Positions 10,122 to 19,541 of a DNA stretch of 64,000 nucleotides are shown here, one piece after another (the stretch's first letter is position 1; each line of letters begins with the position of its first letter). Source of the DNA: an uncultured Gemmatimonadales bacterium. Its GTDB lineage: Bacteria > Gemmatimonadota > Gemmatimonadetes > Gemmatimonadales > GWC2-71-9. Below the pieces are notes generated by a model. The model worked only from the letters and a program-made list of their open reading frames with translations. It was not told the DNA's origin and searched no databases. Where the stretch lies: positions 8,992 through 72,991 of the forward strand of contig CBFGTM010000012.1 of assembly GCA_965652025.1 (NCBI GenBank), given 5' to 3'. Both the position numbers and the translations under genes were made by a program.

Positions 10122-11672
10122 CTAGCGACTATCCGATACAAATTTCCTCTTCCGATCCAGGCTTCGATACTGAATCGCCTCGCCAACGTGGGCTGCCGAA
10201 AGCTCGGCCGCGCCAGCCAGATCGGCAATTGTGCGCGCGATTTTGAGCACCCGGTGATAGGCCCGGGCCGAGAGACCTAGTCGGGTCACTGCCTGCCGCA
10301 GCACCGACTCGACCGGCGGAGTGAGCCGGCAGTAGCGCCGGAGATCTCGCGCGGTCATGTGGGCGTTGGCGTGGATTCCAGGCTGGTCCTGAAATCGCCG
10401 GCGCTGCACCGCTCGCGCCGACTCCACTCGCGCCCGCACCGTGACGCTCCGCTCCGCGCCCTGCTCGGTGCCGATGTCGGGGTAAGCCACCGCGGGCACC
10501 TCGAGGTGGATATCGATCCGGTCGAGCAACGGTCCGGATATGCGCGAGCGATAGCGCTCGATGGCGATGGCTCCGCAGTTACAGGGATGGACCGCATCCC
10601 CGAGGTAGCCGCAGGGACATGGGTTCATCGCTGCGGCCAGCATGAAGCGCGCAGGATAGGTCAGGCTCACCGCCGCGCGGCTCAGAGTGACGACGCCGTC
10701 CTCCATTGGCTGCCGCAGGACCTCCAGCACGTTCCGACGAAACTCGGGAAGCTCGTCGAGGAACAGCACGCCGCCGTGCGCCAGGCTCACCTCACCCGGC
10801 CGGGGCGACGACCCGCCGCCGATGAGACCGGCGTCGCTGATAGTGTGGTGGGGTGCGCGAAACGGGCGCATGGTAAGAAGCGATTGGCCCGGCAGGAGAG
10901 TGCCTGCGACGCTGTGAATCTTGGTTGTCTCCAGCGCCTCCTCGAGGCTCATTGAGGGGAGTATCGAAGGGAGCCGGCGAGTCAGCATGGTCTTTCCGGC
11001 TCCGGGTGATCCAATGAGCAGGATGTTGTGGCTGCCGGCCGCAGCGACCTCGAGTGCCCGCTTGGCAGCGGCCTGACTCCGAACGTCGGCGAAGTCCGCC
11101 GGGTCGGTTTCAGAGCTGGACGTAAGGGCGGCAACATCGGCTCGAGTGGGCGCGATCGGGCGGCAGCCGCTCAGATGATGGCAGGCTTCGAGCAGCGTTC
11201 GTGCGCCGCACACGTCCAGGCCTTCGACAACCGATGCTTCGGGCACGTTGGCGTGGGGCAGAAGAATCGACTGGTAGCGCGCTGCCCGTGCGGCAAGCGC
11301 CATCGAAAGAGCACCCCGCACCGGGCGAAGGCTGCCCTCGAGACCGACCTCGCCCAGGATCAGGTGCTCTCGCAGGCGCCGCTCCGGCAACTGCCCGCTG
11401 GCGGCCAGAATGCCGAGCGCGATGGGAAGGTCGAACGCGGAGCCATCCTTCCGCACATCAGCGGGCGCGAGGTTGACCGTGATCCGTTTTAAGGGGAAGG
11501 AAAAGCCGGCGTTGGCCAGTGCGGCACTGACCCGCTCCCTGCCCTCCTTCACCGCACCTTGCGGCAGGCCAACGGTGGAGAACGAGGGCAGGCCGCTGGA
11601 GATGTCCACTTCGACGTCCACCGGGTAAGCATCGATACCCAGCACCGCCGCGGAACGAACTCGGGCGAGCAT
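10122..11672 (-). CDS. YifB/ComM family Mg-chelatase-like AAA+ ATPase
   Basis: 516 aa. MLARVRSAAVLGIDAYPVDVEVDISSGLPSFSTVGLPQGAVKEGRERV is the classic N-terminus of this family. Walker A is LLIGSPGAGKTM. GVLFLDELPEF and a C-terminal RAYHRVLKIARTIADL motif are also present. Confidence 0.9.
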   Translation of the reverse strand: MLARVRSAAVLGIDAYPVDVEVDISSGLPSFSTVGLPQGAVKEGRERVSAALANAGFSFPLKRITVNLAPADVRKDGSAFDLPIALGILAASGQLPERRLREHLILGEVGLEGSLRPVRGALSMALAARAARYQSILLPHANVPEASVVEGLDVCGARTLLEACHHLSGCRPIAPTRADVAALTSSSETDPADFADVRSQAAAKRALEVAAAGSHNILLIGSPGAGKTMLTRRLPSILPSMSLEEALETTKIHSVAGTLLPGQSLLTMRPFRAPHHTISDAGLIGGGSSPRPGEVSLAHGGVLFLDELPEFRRNVLEVLRQPMEDGVVTLSRAAVSLTYPARFMLAAAMNPCPCGYLGDAVHPCNCGAIAIERYRSRISGPLLDRIDIHLEVPAVAYPDIGTEQGAERSVTVRARVESARAVQRRRFQDQPGIHANAHMTARDLRRYCRLTPPVESVLRQAVTRLGLSARAYHRVLKIARTIADLAGAAELSAAHVGEAIQYRSLDRKRKFVSDSR

Positions 11673-11865
11673 GGCCTACTTAAGGAAAGTGGCTCCAGAA
11701 CCTAGGATGCGCCCAGGCCCGGCCGGGTACCGGTCCGCCGCGAAAGTGGACCGAAACCTGCAGCGATTTCCGGCCGGTGTCGCTATGAGGCACCGCCCAG
11801 CCCCAGACGGTGGAGTTCCCCCCAGCCCGCCACCGCTGCGAGGCGCCCAGATCCGGAGTGAGAGA

Positions 11866-12321
11866 ATGGGTCGGTTGTTCGCCGCTGTCCTGCTCTTAGC
11901 GGGAACCAGCGCCTGCGCGGCGCCGCGTGCTGCAGGCGCTCCGTTGGCCCCGCTGGGCCGTTCGTGGGCTGTCCCCACTCTGGGACTATACCAGGAGTGG
12001 TGGGACAAAACGGTGGCCTGTTCAGGCAAATCGGGGAAGATGACGGAGGTACAGTTTTATGCTGTCGACGCCCCTGCAGGTGCCATTGAACTGGCCGGCG
12101 AGATGGCGCACGCCTGGTGGGTTCGGGAGGGGAACCGAATCTATTTGCCCGCCAGCGCCCTGGGTGAGGAGTGGCTGGTCCGGCACGAGATGCTTCATGC
12201 CCTGCTGCAGCGTGGCAGCCATCCAGCGAGCATCTTCGTCGAGGCCTGCCACGTGGCCTCCGCCGCCGTGTGGCGTGACTCGAGCCTGACCTACGACCCG
12301 GGCAACCCGCGGGGGCATTGA
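11866..12321 (+). CDS. Small putative lipoprotein/secreted protein with an HExxH zinc-peptidase motif
   Basis: Internal ATG at 11866 is preceded by GGAG. The N-terminus MGRLFAAVLLLAGTSAC is signal/lipobox-like. HEMLHALL is an HExxH motif. The upstream 65 codons of the listed ORF are Arg/Pro-rich and abut the divergent comM-like gene, so they are probably not translated. Confidence 0.55.
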   Translation: MGRLFAAVLLLAGTSACAAPRAAGAPLAPLGRSWAVPTLGLYQEWWDKTVACSGKSGKMTEVQFYAVDAPAGAIELAGEMAHAWWVREGNRIYLPASALGEEWLVRHEMLHALLQRGSHPASIFVEACHVASAAVWRDSSLTYDPGNPRGH

Positions 12322-12439
12322 GTTAGCTCAACGGCCCTCAATTTGCTGCCCTTACACTGTCGGTACTCGATACAGCGTTTCCCACGCGTAGGGGGATGCA
12401 TCCGGCAGACCTTCTGGCATTTCGCGGGAGCTATTCGGC

Positions 12440-14011
12440 ATGAAAGGACCATCCGCTAAAGCCCGCTGGACGGGGCTCATAGCGATCCTCGCACTCACCA
12501 TTCTCAGCGGAGGCTGGCTCCTTCGTCGGAAGGCCGCGCCGGAAGGCACCGTCTACCAGCAGGCCCGTTTGTTCGAGAACGTCGTCGCCTCGATCCATAC
12601 CCACTACATCGACTCTCTTGAGGAAGGCGAGCTCTACCAGACCGCCGCCAAGGCTCTGGTGTCATCCCTTCACGATCCCTATGCCGAGCTGCTGAGCCGC
12701 GAGAGCTACCGGCAGTATCAACGTCAGATGTCCGGAACTGAAGTCGACGTGGGGTTCGCCTCGGAGTTCGGAACCGGAAGCGCGCGCAATGCCTTTTCCC
12801 CGGGAGACGTGATCCTCAGCATCGATGGCAAGAACACTGAGGGGTGGTCGGCTCGTCGGATCGAGGAAGCGCTGGCCGGTGGCAGTGGCCCGGTCGTGAT
12901 GGTAGTGGTGCGGCCCTGGGGATCGAGTACCCCCGTGGTCCGCAAGCTCACCCGAACCGTCGTGCACGTCCCGGCTGCATCGAAGGGAATCTTGCTCGGC
13001 GGCGGCGTGGGATATATCGAGTTGCGCCGAGTCAGTGAGGGCGCAGAAATCGAGCTCCGGGACGCCGTGGACCGCTTGGTTGGCGAGGGCATGACCTCGC
13101 TGGTGCTGGATCTTCGGGGCAATCCCGGCGGCCTCATCAATGAGGGCGTGCGGCTGGCCAGTCTCTTCCTCCGGCCGGGTGATACGGTCGCCGTGTCCAA
13201 AGGGCGATCCACCGGCCACTCTAAGGTGTACCTGGCGGGTCAGTCCGGCGGATGGGGTGATCTCCGGATCGGGCTGCTGGTGAACCACGGCACCGCCAGC
13301 TCGGCAGAACTGATCGCCGGGGCCTTACAGGATCACGATCGTGCGGTCATCGTCGGAACGCCCAGCTTCGGTAAGGGCGTGCTCCAGACTACCTATCCGC
13401 TCGGCGACGAGATTGCCATCAAGCTCACCACCGCCCGCTGGTACACCCCGAGCGGCCGGACGGTTCAGCGCGCCAGACTCGATGGCCAGGGCGCAATGGG
13501 CAATCGGACTCCCGCGCTCGCCCCGCGGCTCTATCACTCCGATGCCGGCCGCGCCATCCCCGATGCCAGTGGCATCCTGCCCGATCTGATGGTACGGGGC
13601 ACCCCACGCTCCGATGCTGAGCGCTCGTTCCTCAATCTGTTGGGCGAGGACATGGGGCTGTTTCGCAGTGTGTTGTCCGACTTCGCCTCCGACCTGAAGA
13701 AGAACCCGCGAGCGCCTAAGTTCGAGTCCTATCGGGTGACAGACGAGATGCGGAACCAGGTGTACGAGCGGCTTCAGCTCATCGGTCTCGAAATCCCCCG
13801 CCCCACCTTCGACAACGCCTCCGCCTACGTGGACGAGCAGCTGGGCTACGAGATCACCCGCGAGCTGTTCGGGCCTGCGGCCGAGGCTCGCCGGCGGGCC
13901 CTCTCCGACCGGCAGATGCAGACTGCGGTTCGCCTGTTGCGTCGGGTCAAGACCCAGGAGGAGGCGCTCACGGCGGCTGCGGCCGAGCGGGCCCGGGGAA
14001 CGAGTCGCTAG
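12440..14011 (+). CDS. S41 family C-terminal processing (tail-specific) peptidase with PDZ domain
   Basis: 523 aa with an N-terminal TM anchor. Motifs: LHDPYAELL, a PDZ-like GDVILSIDGKN, catalytic-region LVLDLRGNPGGL and TASSAELIAGALQDHDRAVIVGTPSFGKG. Confidence 0.9.
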   Translation: MKGPSAKARWTGLIAILALTILSGGWLLRRKAAPEGTVYQQARLFENVVASIHTHYIDSLEEGELYQTAAKALVSSLHDPYAELLSRESYRQYQRQMSGTEVDVGFASEFGTGSARNAFSPGDVILSIDGKNTEGWSARRIEEALAGGSGPVVMVVVRPWGSSTPVVRKLTRTVVHVPAASKGILLGGGVGYIELRRVSEGAEIELRDAVDRLVGEGMTSLVLDLRGNPGGLINEGVRLASLFLRPGDTVAVSKGRSTGHSKVYLAGQSGGWGDLRIGLLVNHGTASSAELIAGALQDHDRAVIVGTPSFGKGVLQTTYPLGDEIAIKLTTARWYTPSGRTVQRARLDGQGAMGNRTPALAPRLYHSDAGRAIPDASGILPDLMVRGTPRSDAERSFLNLLGEDMGLFRSVLSDFASDLKKNPRAPKFESYRVTDEMRNQVYERLQLIGLEIPRPTFDNASAYVDEQLGYEITRELFGPAAEARRRALSDRQMQTAVRLLRRVKTQEEALTAAAAERARGTSR

Positions 14012-17000
14012 GAGCCCGCCCAGTTTGTACCGTCACGACCGTGCCGTCTTCGCCGCTCTCCAATGCCACCTGTCCGCCCCATCCCTCGACCAGACGTTTC
14101 ACAATCGCGAGCCCCAGCCCTGATCCACTAGTAGTTGTTGAGAAGCGCGGCTCGAAGACGCGGGGAAGCAGCTCTACTGGAATGCCGACACCGTTGTCAG
14201 CCACCTTGATGAATCCGGGCCCGACGGTGACGTCCACCAGAGTCGCATTCGCGTTACGCGAGTTCTCCAGCAGGTTGACGACCACCTCCTTCACTTCGTC
14301 GGGGCGGGCCCAGCCAACAGCCTCCGACTGAGCCGTCATTCTCACCTCGCAGCCCTCCTCTGCCAGCCGATATAACTGAACCACCTCTCCCACTGCCCCC
14401 TGGAGGTCGACCCGCTCGAGCGCCTGGCCCTGCGGCGTAGGGGCGGCGAAGCGGCTGAACGCGCGGGCGATGGTGTCGAGCCGGTCGATCTCCGCCAGAA
14501 TCCGAGCGGCGGTCTCGTCCAGGGTGCGATCGAACTCTTCTCTCCGGTCGCGGTATACCCGGCGGAGGTGCTGCATCCCCAGCCGCATGGGGGTGAGCGG
14601 GTTCTTGATCTCGTGCGCGACCTGGCGCGCCATCTCTCCCCACGCCAGCACCCGCTCTGCGCGGGAGACCTCGGAGACATCATTCAGGGCCAGCACGGCG
14701 CCTCGGAGATCGGGGCCGAGCGAAGCCAGCTGCAGGGAGAGCCGGCGGCCGGCAACGTCCAGCTCCACGGCACCGTCGCTGGTCGGGTTGCCCAGGAATC
14801 GCCGCACCGCCGTGGCCAGCGGGAGGAGCTCAGGTGGCAGCCGCTCCAGGAAGGGCTCGCCCTCTTTCAGTTCGATCCCCAGCAGTTCGACCGCCTGCCC
14901 GTTCGCAATGAGGACTCTTCCCGAGGGATCGACGCCCACGACGCCGGTGGCAACGGTTGCCAACACAGTCGCCGTGCGGCGCCTCGCTTCCTCCAGAGCA
15001 TGCTGGGTCGATCGAATGTCGGCCGCCATGCGCTCGAAGGCCGCGAACACCGGCTCGAACTCGAGCGGCGGACGCCCGGAGTGATGGGGCATTGCCTCGC
15101 CTTTTCCGAGCGCCAGGGCCGACCGCCTCAGCTCGGCCACTGGACGAGAAAGAGTGCGGGCTGCAACCCTGGCCCCGAGCAAGGCCGCGGCCACCCCGGT
15201 GAGGGTGGCGAGCAGCAATACCAACGCGAGATCCAACTGCCTCACCGCTAGAGAGGCATCGTCGGCGAGCTGAGGGGTTGCCAGGACCCCGATCTCGGTC
15301 GGACCACCCGGCCGAAACACCCGGTAGCCAACCCGCTCGGCCAGCTGCGGGAGCGAGCCTCCCCGGGTCACCTCGAGCTCCCCATCGAGCGCGAGCAGCT
15401 CGAATGCGGACGGGTCCATAAGCCGGCCCACCACGCCGAGGTCCTCCAGGATCGGGTTGCTGGTGACATTGAGCGACCCTCCTCGGTACACCACGAAATC
15501 GGCATCGATGCGCTGGCTCAGGCGGGCCAGCCGTTCGGGCTCGGGCCAATCGGCGCGGAAGATACTGCTGCCCGCCACGACGTCCCTCAGCGTCTGGGTG
15601 ATGAGAAGGTCCCGGCTTCGCTCGGCCTCGTTGGCTAGTCGAGCAAAGCTCCAGGCGGCGAACCCGACCGCCGGCAGGATGAAGAAGGCTCCCAGGGTGA
15701 ATGCTAGACGAACCCGGAAGGATCGGACCATGCTGCCCCAGCGCGGCCGGGAAAGCCGCATACCCGCCACCAGCTCGGCAATCAGCCAGAGCAAAGCGAG
15801 AACCGCGGCGTCGAGCAGCACAACCAGCGCGCCCCGCACGAACAACGGCACCGGGCCACGGAGGTTGATGGTGGCGTGCACCGAACGCGATTCACCGGCC
15901 AGCACCAAGGGATACTCCCGCCGCAGCGACCACCCTTCCCTTCGCCAGAGGGACGCCGCGTCAGTCACAGGCGAGGACCCCGGCGGGGCCAGGCTCAGCT
16001 GGTAGAGCGGCGCGTGACGCCGAGACGGCTCGAGCAGGCGGCCCACTCTGGCGGGGAGGATCAGCTCGGTTCGAGGACCGATCGAAGCGGTCATCACCCG
16101 CTCCGGCGAGAGCCGCACCAGCAGCACGTGATGCACGCCAGGCATCCGGACCAGTTGGGTAACCTTGAGGGTATCCAGGGCGGCAAAGCTGCGCACCAAT
16201 CCGCCGAGCAGCTCGGATGACAGGTCCAGCGAGTCCAGGCTCAGCTCGTCATGCAGCTGGCCGGACTGGGTCCAGAGACCGAGGTGGGCCGGATATCCCT
16301 GGTTGTTCAACGCAGAGCCATGCCACAGAGCGTACATCTGAGAGGCGTTGACTGGTGGCGGCGCACGCCGAAGCTGCTCCCCGAAGCGTTCCAACAACGG
16401 CACCGCAAGCGGATCGGGCTCTTCACCCAGCCGGGCGATATCCCGCTGTGCGACCTGCACCCTGCCCGCCAGCGCGGCGCCCCAGGTGACCAGCGCCGCT
16501 GAGCTACCTGCCACCAGAGCGACGCCGGTGATGGTGGCCCAGCGCGGCGCGGGGAGCGCCACCAGGAGCAGCGCCGGAGTCCAAAGGAAGGTGTACCAGT
16601 CAGGCCACCCACCCCGCGGGCTCCACACCAGGACTCCGATAACGGCTGCCCCCAGGGCGATGGCTACGGCAACGACGATGCGACGGCGACTGGGAGGCTC
16701 CGGCGAATCGCCGCGAAACAGAGCGGCGGCCAGCACGATCAGCGCCGACGCCGCCACTACCAGCGTGAGCTGCCAGGTGAGCCAGAGTCCTATCGAGACA
16801 CCCCCGGCAGGGGGAGTGATGCCTCGGCCCAGGTTACTGATCAGATAGGGAGCCGCGAGCAGCAGGAGGATCCCCATCAGAATGCCGTACCAGCGACGTG
16901 GCATCCGCCGGCGCCAGAGCCAGACGCCGGCCATGGTGAGCAGCATTCCGGCGAGGGCCAGTACGCCTGCGGAGCCCGACAGCGGTCCGAGGAGTGGGCG

Positions 17001-17996
17001 AAAGAACGTCGCCGGTGAGAACAGGCCCTGTAGTCCAAGCGCCGCACCGACCGGTGCGCGAGCAGCCAGCCACAAGACCAGCCCCAGAAGCAGAAAGCGT
17101 TCGACCGGTGCGACAGCGAGGCTCAATGCCAGAGCGAATGCCAGGAGAAGCAGCCAAACCGCGAGCCGGCTCACCCGGTGAAAGACCAGCTCTCTAGCCG
17201 CGCCCTGTTCCGGGGGAATCGGTTGAACGCTGAAGAGGAGCCGGGAGCCGGTCGTGGTCGGCTCCTCGTAATCGAACACGTCGCTGCTGTTGGGGGCGGT
17301 GCCTGCGGGATAGACCGAGAGCCCCACTTCGGTCCGGGTGCGAAACAGTTCGGCGAGACTGCGCCCTCGGTCGGGGACGGCAGGGTGGGCCCAGATCAGC
17401 ACGCCGGCGACGGCACTCCGCCCGTCGGGCGAGTGGCGCCGTGCCTCCAGCACGACATAATATCTACTGGTCCGGGCGGCAAACGAGTCGCCCTCGCTGC
17501 GGTGCGGCAACCGGTGTCGGCCAGCCCACGCCCAGGGGTTTCCCCGCTGGTCGAACACCACCACACTCATCTCCGGCCCGGAGGAGGGGACCAAACGCTC
17601 CAACACCCGCAGGGCGCCGGACTGGCTGAATGAGGCGGTGCCGGCCGCAGCATCGGCCAGACGCTCCGCCCGATGGAGCGCGGCGTGGAGGTCGCTGGCC
17701 AAGTGCTCCGACGCGGCAGTCACCCGCCGTTCTCGTTCCTCCGGCCAGCGCAACTCGATCGCCTTCAGCTGGCGCTGCGACTGAGTGAGCGCGACCGCGA
17801 GTCCGCCAAGCAGCAGCATGAGGCCCCACCGGCGCCATCCTCTCAGTGGCCAGAGGGCGGCCGCGAGTAACGCCACAGCCAGCCAGGCAATGCACACCCA
17901 GCTCCAGCCGGGCTGCCGCAGCCACTCGGCGGCTGCGCCCCCGGCGGCGACCACTAATACGACCCACCAACGCCCGCGATGAATCAGGATCGACAC
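13968..17996 (-). CDS. Large polytopic NtrY-type sensor histidine kinase (HAMP-PAS-HisKA-HATPase C-terminal module); start uncertain
   Basis: The ORF is open to 18101. I prefer the GTG at 17996 because 18101 would overlap the divergent creatininase-family gene. C-terminal motifs: AWGEMARQVAHEIKNPLTPMRLGMQHL (NtrY-like H-box), NLLENSRNA and GSGLGLAIVKRLVEGWGG. There are more than 10 predicted TM helices in the first ~950 aa. Confidence 0.8.
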   Translation of the reverse strand: MSILIHRGRWWVVLVVAAGGAAAEWLRQPGWSWVCIAWLAVALLAAALWPLRGWRRWGLMLLLGGLAVALTQSQRQLKAIELRWPEERERRVTAASEHLASDLHAALHRAERLADAAAGTASFSQSGALRVLERLVPSSGPEMSVVVFDQRGNPWAWAGRHRLPHRSEGDSFAARTSRYYVVLEARRHSPDGRSAVAGVLIWAHPAVPDRGRSLAELFRTRTEVGLSVYPAGTAPNSSDVFDYEEPTTTGSRLLFSVQPIPPEQGAARELVFHRVSRLAVWLLLLAFALALSLAVAPVERFLLLGLVLWLAARAPVGAALGLQGLFSPATFFRPLLGPLSGSAGVLALAGMLLTMAGVWLWRRRMPRRWYGILMGILLLLAAPYLISNLGRGITPPAGGVSIGLWLTWQLTLVVAASALIVLAAALFRGDSPEPPSRRRIVVAVAIALGAAVIGVLVWSPRGGWPDWYTFLWTPALLLVALPAPRWATITGVALVAGSSAALVTWGAALAGRVQVAQRDIARLGEEPDPLAVPLLERFGEQLRRAPPPVNASQMYALWHGSALNNQGYPAHLGLWTQSGQLHDELSLDSLDLSSELLGGLVRSFAALDTLKVTQLVRMPGVHHVLLVRLSPERVMTASIGPRTELILPARVGRLLEPSRRHAPLYQLSLAPPGSSPVTDAASLWRREGWSLRREYPLVLAGESRSVHATINLRGPVPLFVRGALVVLLDAAVLALLWLIAELVAGMRLSRPRWGSMVRSFRVRLAFTLGAFFILPAVGFAAWSFARLANEAERSRDLLITQTLRDVVAGSSIFRADWPEPERLARLSQRIDADFVVYRGGSLNVTSNPILEDLGVVGRLMDPSAFELLALDGELEVTRGGSLPQLAERVGYRVFRPGGPTEIGVLATPQLADDASLAVRQLDLALVLLLATLTGVAAALLGARVAARTLSRPVAELRRSALALGKGEAMPHHSGRPPLEFEPVFAAFERMAADIRSTQHALEEARRRTATVLATVATGVVGVDPSGRVLIANGQAVELLGIELKEGEPFLERLPPELLPLATAVRRFLGNPTSDGAVELDVAGRRLSLQLASLGPDLRGAVLALNDVSEVSRAERVLAWGEMARQVAHEIKNPLTPMRLGMQHLRRVYRDRREEFDRTLDETAARILAEIDRLDTIARAFSRFAAPTPQGQALERVDLQGAVGEVVQLYRLAEEGCEVRMTAQSEAVGWARPDEVKEVVVNLLENSRNANATLVDVTVGPGFIKVADNGVGIPVELLPRVFEPRFSTTTSGSGLGLAIVKRLVEGWGGQVALESGEDGTVVTVQTGRAPSDSFPGPARPQPP

Positions 17997-18014
17997 CCCT
18001 GGCGATTGAAGGAA

Positions 18015-18698
18015 ATGACGCCCAGTGCGGTCGGAGAGCGCCTGCGAGAGCGCCCGGCGCTGATCGTCCCGGTAGGAACTACCGAGCAGCACGGCCCCCA
18101 CCTACCGCTCGGCTGCGATACGATCATCGTGGAGCGCCTGGCGGACGACCTTTCCGAGAGGTTCGGCGTTACCCGGGTTCCCACCGTCGAGTACGGCGTG
18201 CATGCGACGACTCGCCCCTTTCCAGGCGGGGCCAATCTGAGGCGGCGGACGCTGCACCGGGTGATGAACGAACTTATCGAATCCTGGGAAGAGGGGGCAG
18301 GCGTTCGCGAGTTCTTCATTATCACCGCCCAGTCCAGCGAGGCCCACCTCGAGGCGCTCAGCGCCATTCGGACCGACGAGGCTACCGTCCAGGTGCTGGA
18401 CATCTTCAGCATCAACTTCGGCAGCCTGCTGGACCGCCCGGCCTCGCCAATCCACGGCGGCGAGCTGGACACGTCGTTGCTCTTGTTCCTCGCCCCACAT
18501 CTGGTTCGGATGGATCTGGCGCAGGACTTCGAGCTGCCGCCCAATCTGCTGGGCCGCTACCGACCGGGGCAGAGCCGGAGACTCCCCCGAGGCTCCCCCG
18601 GCTCGGTGGGATATCCCAGTCTGGCCACCGCCCAGAAAGGTGAGCGGCTGTATAGATTTATCCTCGACCGGGTCAGCAGTTGCTTGACCAGATCCTGA
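18015..18698 (+). CDS. Creatininase (creatinine amidohydrolase/MftE-like) family protein
   Basis: ATG at 18015 is preceded by AAGGAA. PALIVPVGTTEQHGPHLPLGCDTIIVERLA is the family signature. HGGELDTS is also present. Confidence 0.75.
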   Translation: MTPSAVGERLRERPALIVPVGTTEQHGPHLPLGCDTIIVERLADDLSERFGVTRVPTVEYGVHATTRPFPGGANLRRRTLHRVMNELIESWEEGAGVREFFIITAQSSEAHLEALSAIRTDEATVQVLDIFSINFGSLLDRPASPIHGGELDTSLLLFLAPHLVRMDLAQDFELPPNLLGRYRPGQSRRLPRGSPGSVGYPSLATAQKGERLYRFILDRVSSCLTRS

Positions 18699-18714
18699 CA
18701 TGATCGGAGATGCC

Positions 18715-19347
18715 ATGCGTCTGGCCGCCCTTCTGCTCCTGCTTGCTGCCGCAGGTCGCCTCCAGGCTCAGGAAGTCGCCGAAGTCAAGTTGGTAATCCA
18801 GCAGGATGGCCGCGAGATCGGCCGGGAAGACTCCCACTTGGCGCGCGGGCGAGGGCGCGGCGCACCCGGCTCAACCCTGCTCGCCAACGCCCACTATCCA
18901 GCCACCAACCCCACGCTTCGCATCACCGCCAGTCTGGAGCGAACCGCGGAGTCATCTCTGGCCAAGTTCCAGCTGGACGTCGAAGGGCCTAACGGACCCA
19001 CCGTTATTCTGGCGGCGGGCTCCGGGGCTCGCCTGATCATCCGCACTGTGGCCAAGGGATCGGAAGCAGGGCGCGAAATGCCGGGTGGCCCGGACGTCGT
19101 GCTGCTGGATGACAACGTGTATTCCCTCTACGTCGCTGTGGCCGATCTCGCCACGCCGAACGGCCGGTCACTCACCGCGGTCTTCCCCCGGACTGCACGG
19201 CGGGCCTCGTTCGTTGCGCGGCGGGACTCGGGGGGACAGGTGAGCCTCACCGGGGGCATCAGGGGAACTATGGAAACGGATGGTCAGGGGTTGGTGAGCC
19301 TGGTGCTTCCGGAGTCGAACATCCGGGTAGGCCGAGCCAAGGACTGA
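18715..19347 (+). CDS. Hypothetical secreted protein
   Basis: ATG at 18715 with GGAGA 5 nt upstream. Signal peptide MRLAALLLLLAAAGRLQAQE. I recognise no domain. Confidence 0.55.
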   Translation: MRLAALLLLLAAAGRLQAQEVAEVKLVIQQDGREIGREDSHLARGRGRGAPGSTLLANAHYPATNPTLRITASLERTAESSLAKFQLDVEGPNGPTVILAAGSGARLIIRTVAKGSEAGREMPGGPDVVLLDDNVYSLYVAVADLATPNGRSLTAVFPRTARRASFVARRDSGGQVSLTGGIRGTMETDGQGLVSLVLPESNIRVGRAKD

Positions 19348-19541
19348 GCGGTACTCGCGGTACACCCACCCGTAACTCGTTGAAGAGCAGCCCCGGAAGA
19401 AGTTATCTGTCGCAAGTTGAAACCACTGCGGCGATGTCCGCGTATTGCGGCCCGTCGCATCTCACCTCAAAGGGCCATTCCATGACTGGTAGGTGTGTAG
19501 CCTGGATGCCTTACCGCAGGCCTCCTAACTGAGGATCGCAC

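Noticed and set aside
17846-18643. 265-aa plus-strand ORF overlapping the creatininase-family gene
   Set aside because: Arg/Pro/Gly-rich alternative frame. The neighbouring frame contains the creatininase signature.
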